DNA of 28,329 nucleotides from an uncultured Candidatus Bathyarchaeia archaeon (lineage in GTDB: Archaea; Thermoproteota; Bathyarchaeia; 40CM-2-53-6). The first letter of the stretch is position 1; each line of letters starts with the position of its first letter. Of this stretch, positions 27,101 to 28,329 are shown one piece after another. The position numbers and the translations under genes were made by a program. The stretch covers positions 4,629 through 32,957 of the forward strand of contig CAZUTN010000003.1 of assembly GCA_964623365.1 (NCBI GenBank), given 5' to 3'. The notes beneath the pieces were generated by a model. That model ran no database searches. It was not told the origin of the DNA and saw only the letters and a list, made by a program, of their open reading frames with translations.

Positions 27101-27954
27101 TCGTGGATGCGAGAAAGATCCCGTCAACGCCAACGATGACGGTATTCTTGGACGAGAAACATAGGACCAGCAAGGAGAAGGCTGAGGAAGTTGCCACCCT
27201 CCTTACGCACACTACATTGGGCGACATATCCGCGAGTATCGAGTCCGACATCACGAGGATGAGAATCACCGTGAAGCTTGACACTGCGGCAATGCGCGAG
27301 AAATCTGTCACAATGAAAGACATCAGGACGGCAATTCAGATTCATCGAGCAGATGTGAAAGTCGAGAAGGACGAAATCGAAATCACAACTCACGATATGG
27401 ACATTCCGCAGTTCAGACGCCTCGAATCTCGCGTCTCCGGAATGCACGTGAAGGGAATTCCAGCAGTCAGACGTGCCCTCGTGATGGAAGAGAACCGTGA
27501 GTGGATCATCAGAACAGAAGGTTCAAACCTCGAGCTAGCCTTGACCACACCGGGGGTCGACCCAACCAGGACGGTCTCCAACAACATGCATGAGGTAGCG
27601 GCCGTGCTGGGAATTGAGGCTGCACGCAACGTAATAGTCAAAGAGGCAAAGGCCGTGCTCGAAGAGCAAGGCCTTGACGTCGACATAAGGCACGTGATGC
27701 TCGTTGCCGACGCGATGACTGCCTCAGGGGAGGTCCTGCAGGTTGGTAGACACGGCGTCAGCGGCGAGAAAGCCAGCACGCTGGCAAAGGCAGCATTTGA
27801 AATCACGATACCGACGATCGTCGACGCAGCCGTCCGAGGAACCAGAGATAAACTTCGCGGAGTCGCGGAGAACGTGATTGTTGGGCAGCAGGTCCCCATG
27901 GGTACAGGCTTGATCGAGGTCTTCATGGCAATGTCGGAGAGGAGGGAGAAGTGA
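24169..27954 (+). CDS. rpoA: DNA-directed RNA polymerase subunit A (Rpo1), A' and A'' fused in one ORF
   Basis: CPGHSGHI, GRFRGNLSGKRVDFSART, YNADFDGDEMN catalytic motif and TQQSGYMQRRL, continuing without a stop into A'' motifs (AQSIGEPGTQMTLRTFH, VTLGLPRLIE). Track start is GTG 24160; ATG 24169 chosen. Confidence 0.98.
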   Translation: MAMIEEATKVIGSIRFSLLSPNEIRRLSAVEVQTADTYDEDGVPIVSGLMDGRLGTLEPRQKCKTCGNTAVSCPGHSGHIELAEPVIHVAFAKLVHKLLSVTCRNCGRILISNERIESYNAKIAEEKKRLNEVPTPFFDGIMKEAKKAHECPHCGTRQHTIEHQKPTTFIDETGARLTPSAIREMLERIPDDDLRILGMDPTAARPEWMVLQVLPVPPVTVRPSITLESGIRSEDDLTHKLVDIIRINQKLREALESGVPVNIIQELHDLLQYHVTTYFDNEVSGLPPARHRSGRALRTISQRLKGKEGRFRGNLSGKRVDFSARTVISPDPNLDISEVGVPVDIAARLTIPERVTQWNIEEMRRLIRNGPDQYPGALYIVRPDQRRVRLEFVTERDSLADAIEPGFVVERHIRDGDIVLFNRQPSLHRMSIMAHTVRVLPYKTFRLNPCVCPPYNADFDGDEMNLHVPQGEEARTEARLLMQVQDQILSPRYGGPIIGAKTDLLSAAYLLTRKSTLLTKDEVCRLLTAAGYAGDLPEPAVKRPVERWTGKQIFSLFIPKGFSFTAKSSMVTKDDKEHVMIRNGKLEEGVIDKNSIGAERSESLFHRIVKDQGSETGRGFLNHIARLLDRFVLMKGFSYSIKELDVPASVKEKIDKVIRKAEDRVYALIESYNQGTLERLPGQSLAESLEIRIMDELSKARDVAGEYADEYLDEKNSGVIMTRTGARGSTLNIAQMIASVGQQSIRGQRIRRGYRDRVLSFFRPGDAGPEARGFVYSSYRDGLNPIEFFFHAMGGREGLVDTAVRTQQSGYMQRRLINALEHLRVEYDSTVRDSRGDIIQFRYGEDGVDTAKSDHGKAVNSERLVERVRLAAERGAKASANYVQAKIREVEDRLPPLLADELKRNLLKAKLSRRAVDEAVRQAVENYSRSLIEPGEAAGIVSAQSIGEPGTQMTLRTFHFAGVREQNVTLGLPRLIEIVDARKIPSTPTMTVFLDEKHRTSKEKAEEVATLLTHTTLGDISASIESDITRMRITVKLDTAAMREKSVTMKDIRTAIQIHRADVKVEKDEIEITTHDMDIPQFRRLESRVSGMHVKGIPAVRRALVMEENREWIIRTEGSNLELALTTPGVDPTRTVSNNMHEVAAVLGIEAARNVIVKEAKAVLEEQGLDVDIRHVMLVADAMTASGEVLQVGRHGVSGEKASTLAKAAFEITIPTIVDAAVRGTRDKLRGVAENVIVGQQVPMGTGLIEVFMAMSERREK

Positions 27955-28253
27955 TGGATCTGAACAAGCAAATTGGCATGGCGGTCAAGACCGGCAAGGT
28001 GGAGTTGGGCTGCAAAGAAGCGACAGACGCCGCCAAGACAGGAAAAGCTCGCCTGATCGTCATAGCGTCGAACTGCCCGGAACCGCACAAGTCCAACATA
28101 CTCTACAACGCAAAGCTCTCAGAAGTTCCCGTCTACGTCTACTCGGGCACGAGCATGGACCTTGGCGTTGCATGCGAAAAGCCATTTCTAGTCACTGCAC
28201 TTACAGTGAAAGAGTCTGGTGACTCCGAAATCCTGAAGTTGGCTGAAACGTGA
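27951..28253 (+). CDS. rpl30e: 50S ribosomal protein L30e
   Basis: AVKTGKV.LG, ARLIVIASNCP and LGVACEKPF.V motifs; canonical position after rpoA. Confidence 0.96.
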   Translation: MMDLNKQIGMAVKTGKVELGCKEATDAAKTGKARLIVIASNCPEPHKSNILYNAKLSEVPVYVYSGTSMDLGVACEKPFLVTALTVKESGDSEILKLAET

Positions 28254-28255
28254 AG

Positions 28256-28329
28256 ATGTTCGCATCCAAGATCCGTCTCGGGAGCGATGAGATGCGCTAC
28301 ATCGCTCTGTTCGAAAGCATCACAGGCGC
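28256..28329 (+). CDS. nusA: Archaeal NusA (5' partial; absent from the track)
   Basis: Manual translation MFASKIRLGSDEMRYIALFESITG; the EMRYIALFE.ITG motif and position after rpl30e are canonical. Confidence 0.9.
   Translation, partial: MFASKIRLGSDEMRYIALFESITG

Noticed and set aside
1-28329. CRISPR arrays, transposases, integrases, defence genes, tandem repeats, inteins in RpoA/RpoB
   Set aside because: None seen. RpoA and RpoB lengths and motif spacing leave no room for inteins.

Overview
Core-genome segment of a TACK-group archaeon. Unsplit RpoB plus an unsplit RpoA point to a Bathyarchaeia or Nitrososphaeria-type lineage (inference). From left to right: (1) a minus-strand TrmB-family regulator with a small 4-TM protein; (2) an information-processing cluster csl4-rpoL-[RNase III-like ORF missed by the ORF track]-DUF99-tfs-TIGR04076-pcna-priL-priS-gins15, interrupted by an orphan solute-binding protein and a membrane-anchored S8 protease; (3) an isolated, inverted rps12; (4) PGI/PMI, RidA, a zinc-ribbon membrane protein and an HTH regulator; (5) a complex-I-like nuoB-C-D-I cluster with no membrane subunits, followed by a translationally coupled basic 39-aa ORF and sufS-iscU; (6) rpoH-rpoB-rpoA-rpl30e-nusA (partial). 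I found no tRNA, rRNA, CRISPR array or mobile element. Best leads: repeated evidence for CTG or other non-canonical starts, the hidden RNase III-like gene next to an apparently catalytically eroded DUF99, the membrane-free NuoBCDI module with altered quinone-site residues, and the displaced, divergent rps12. All family assignments come from motif recognition by eye; no database searches were run.
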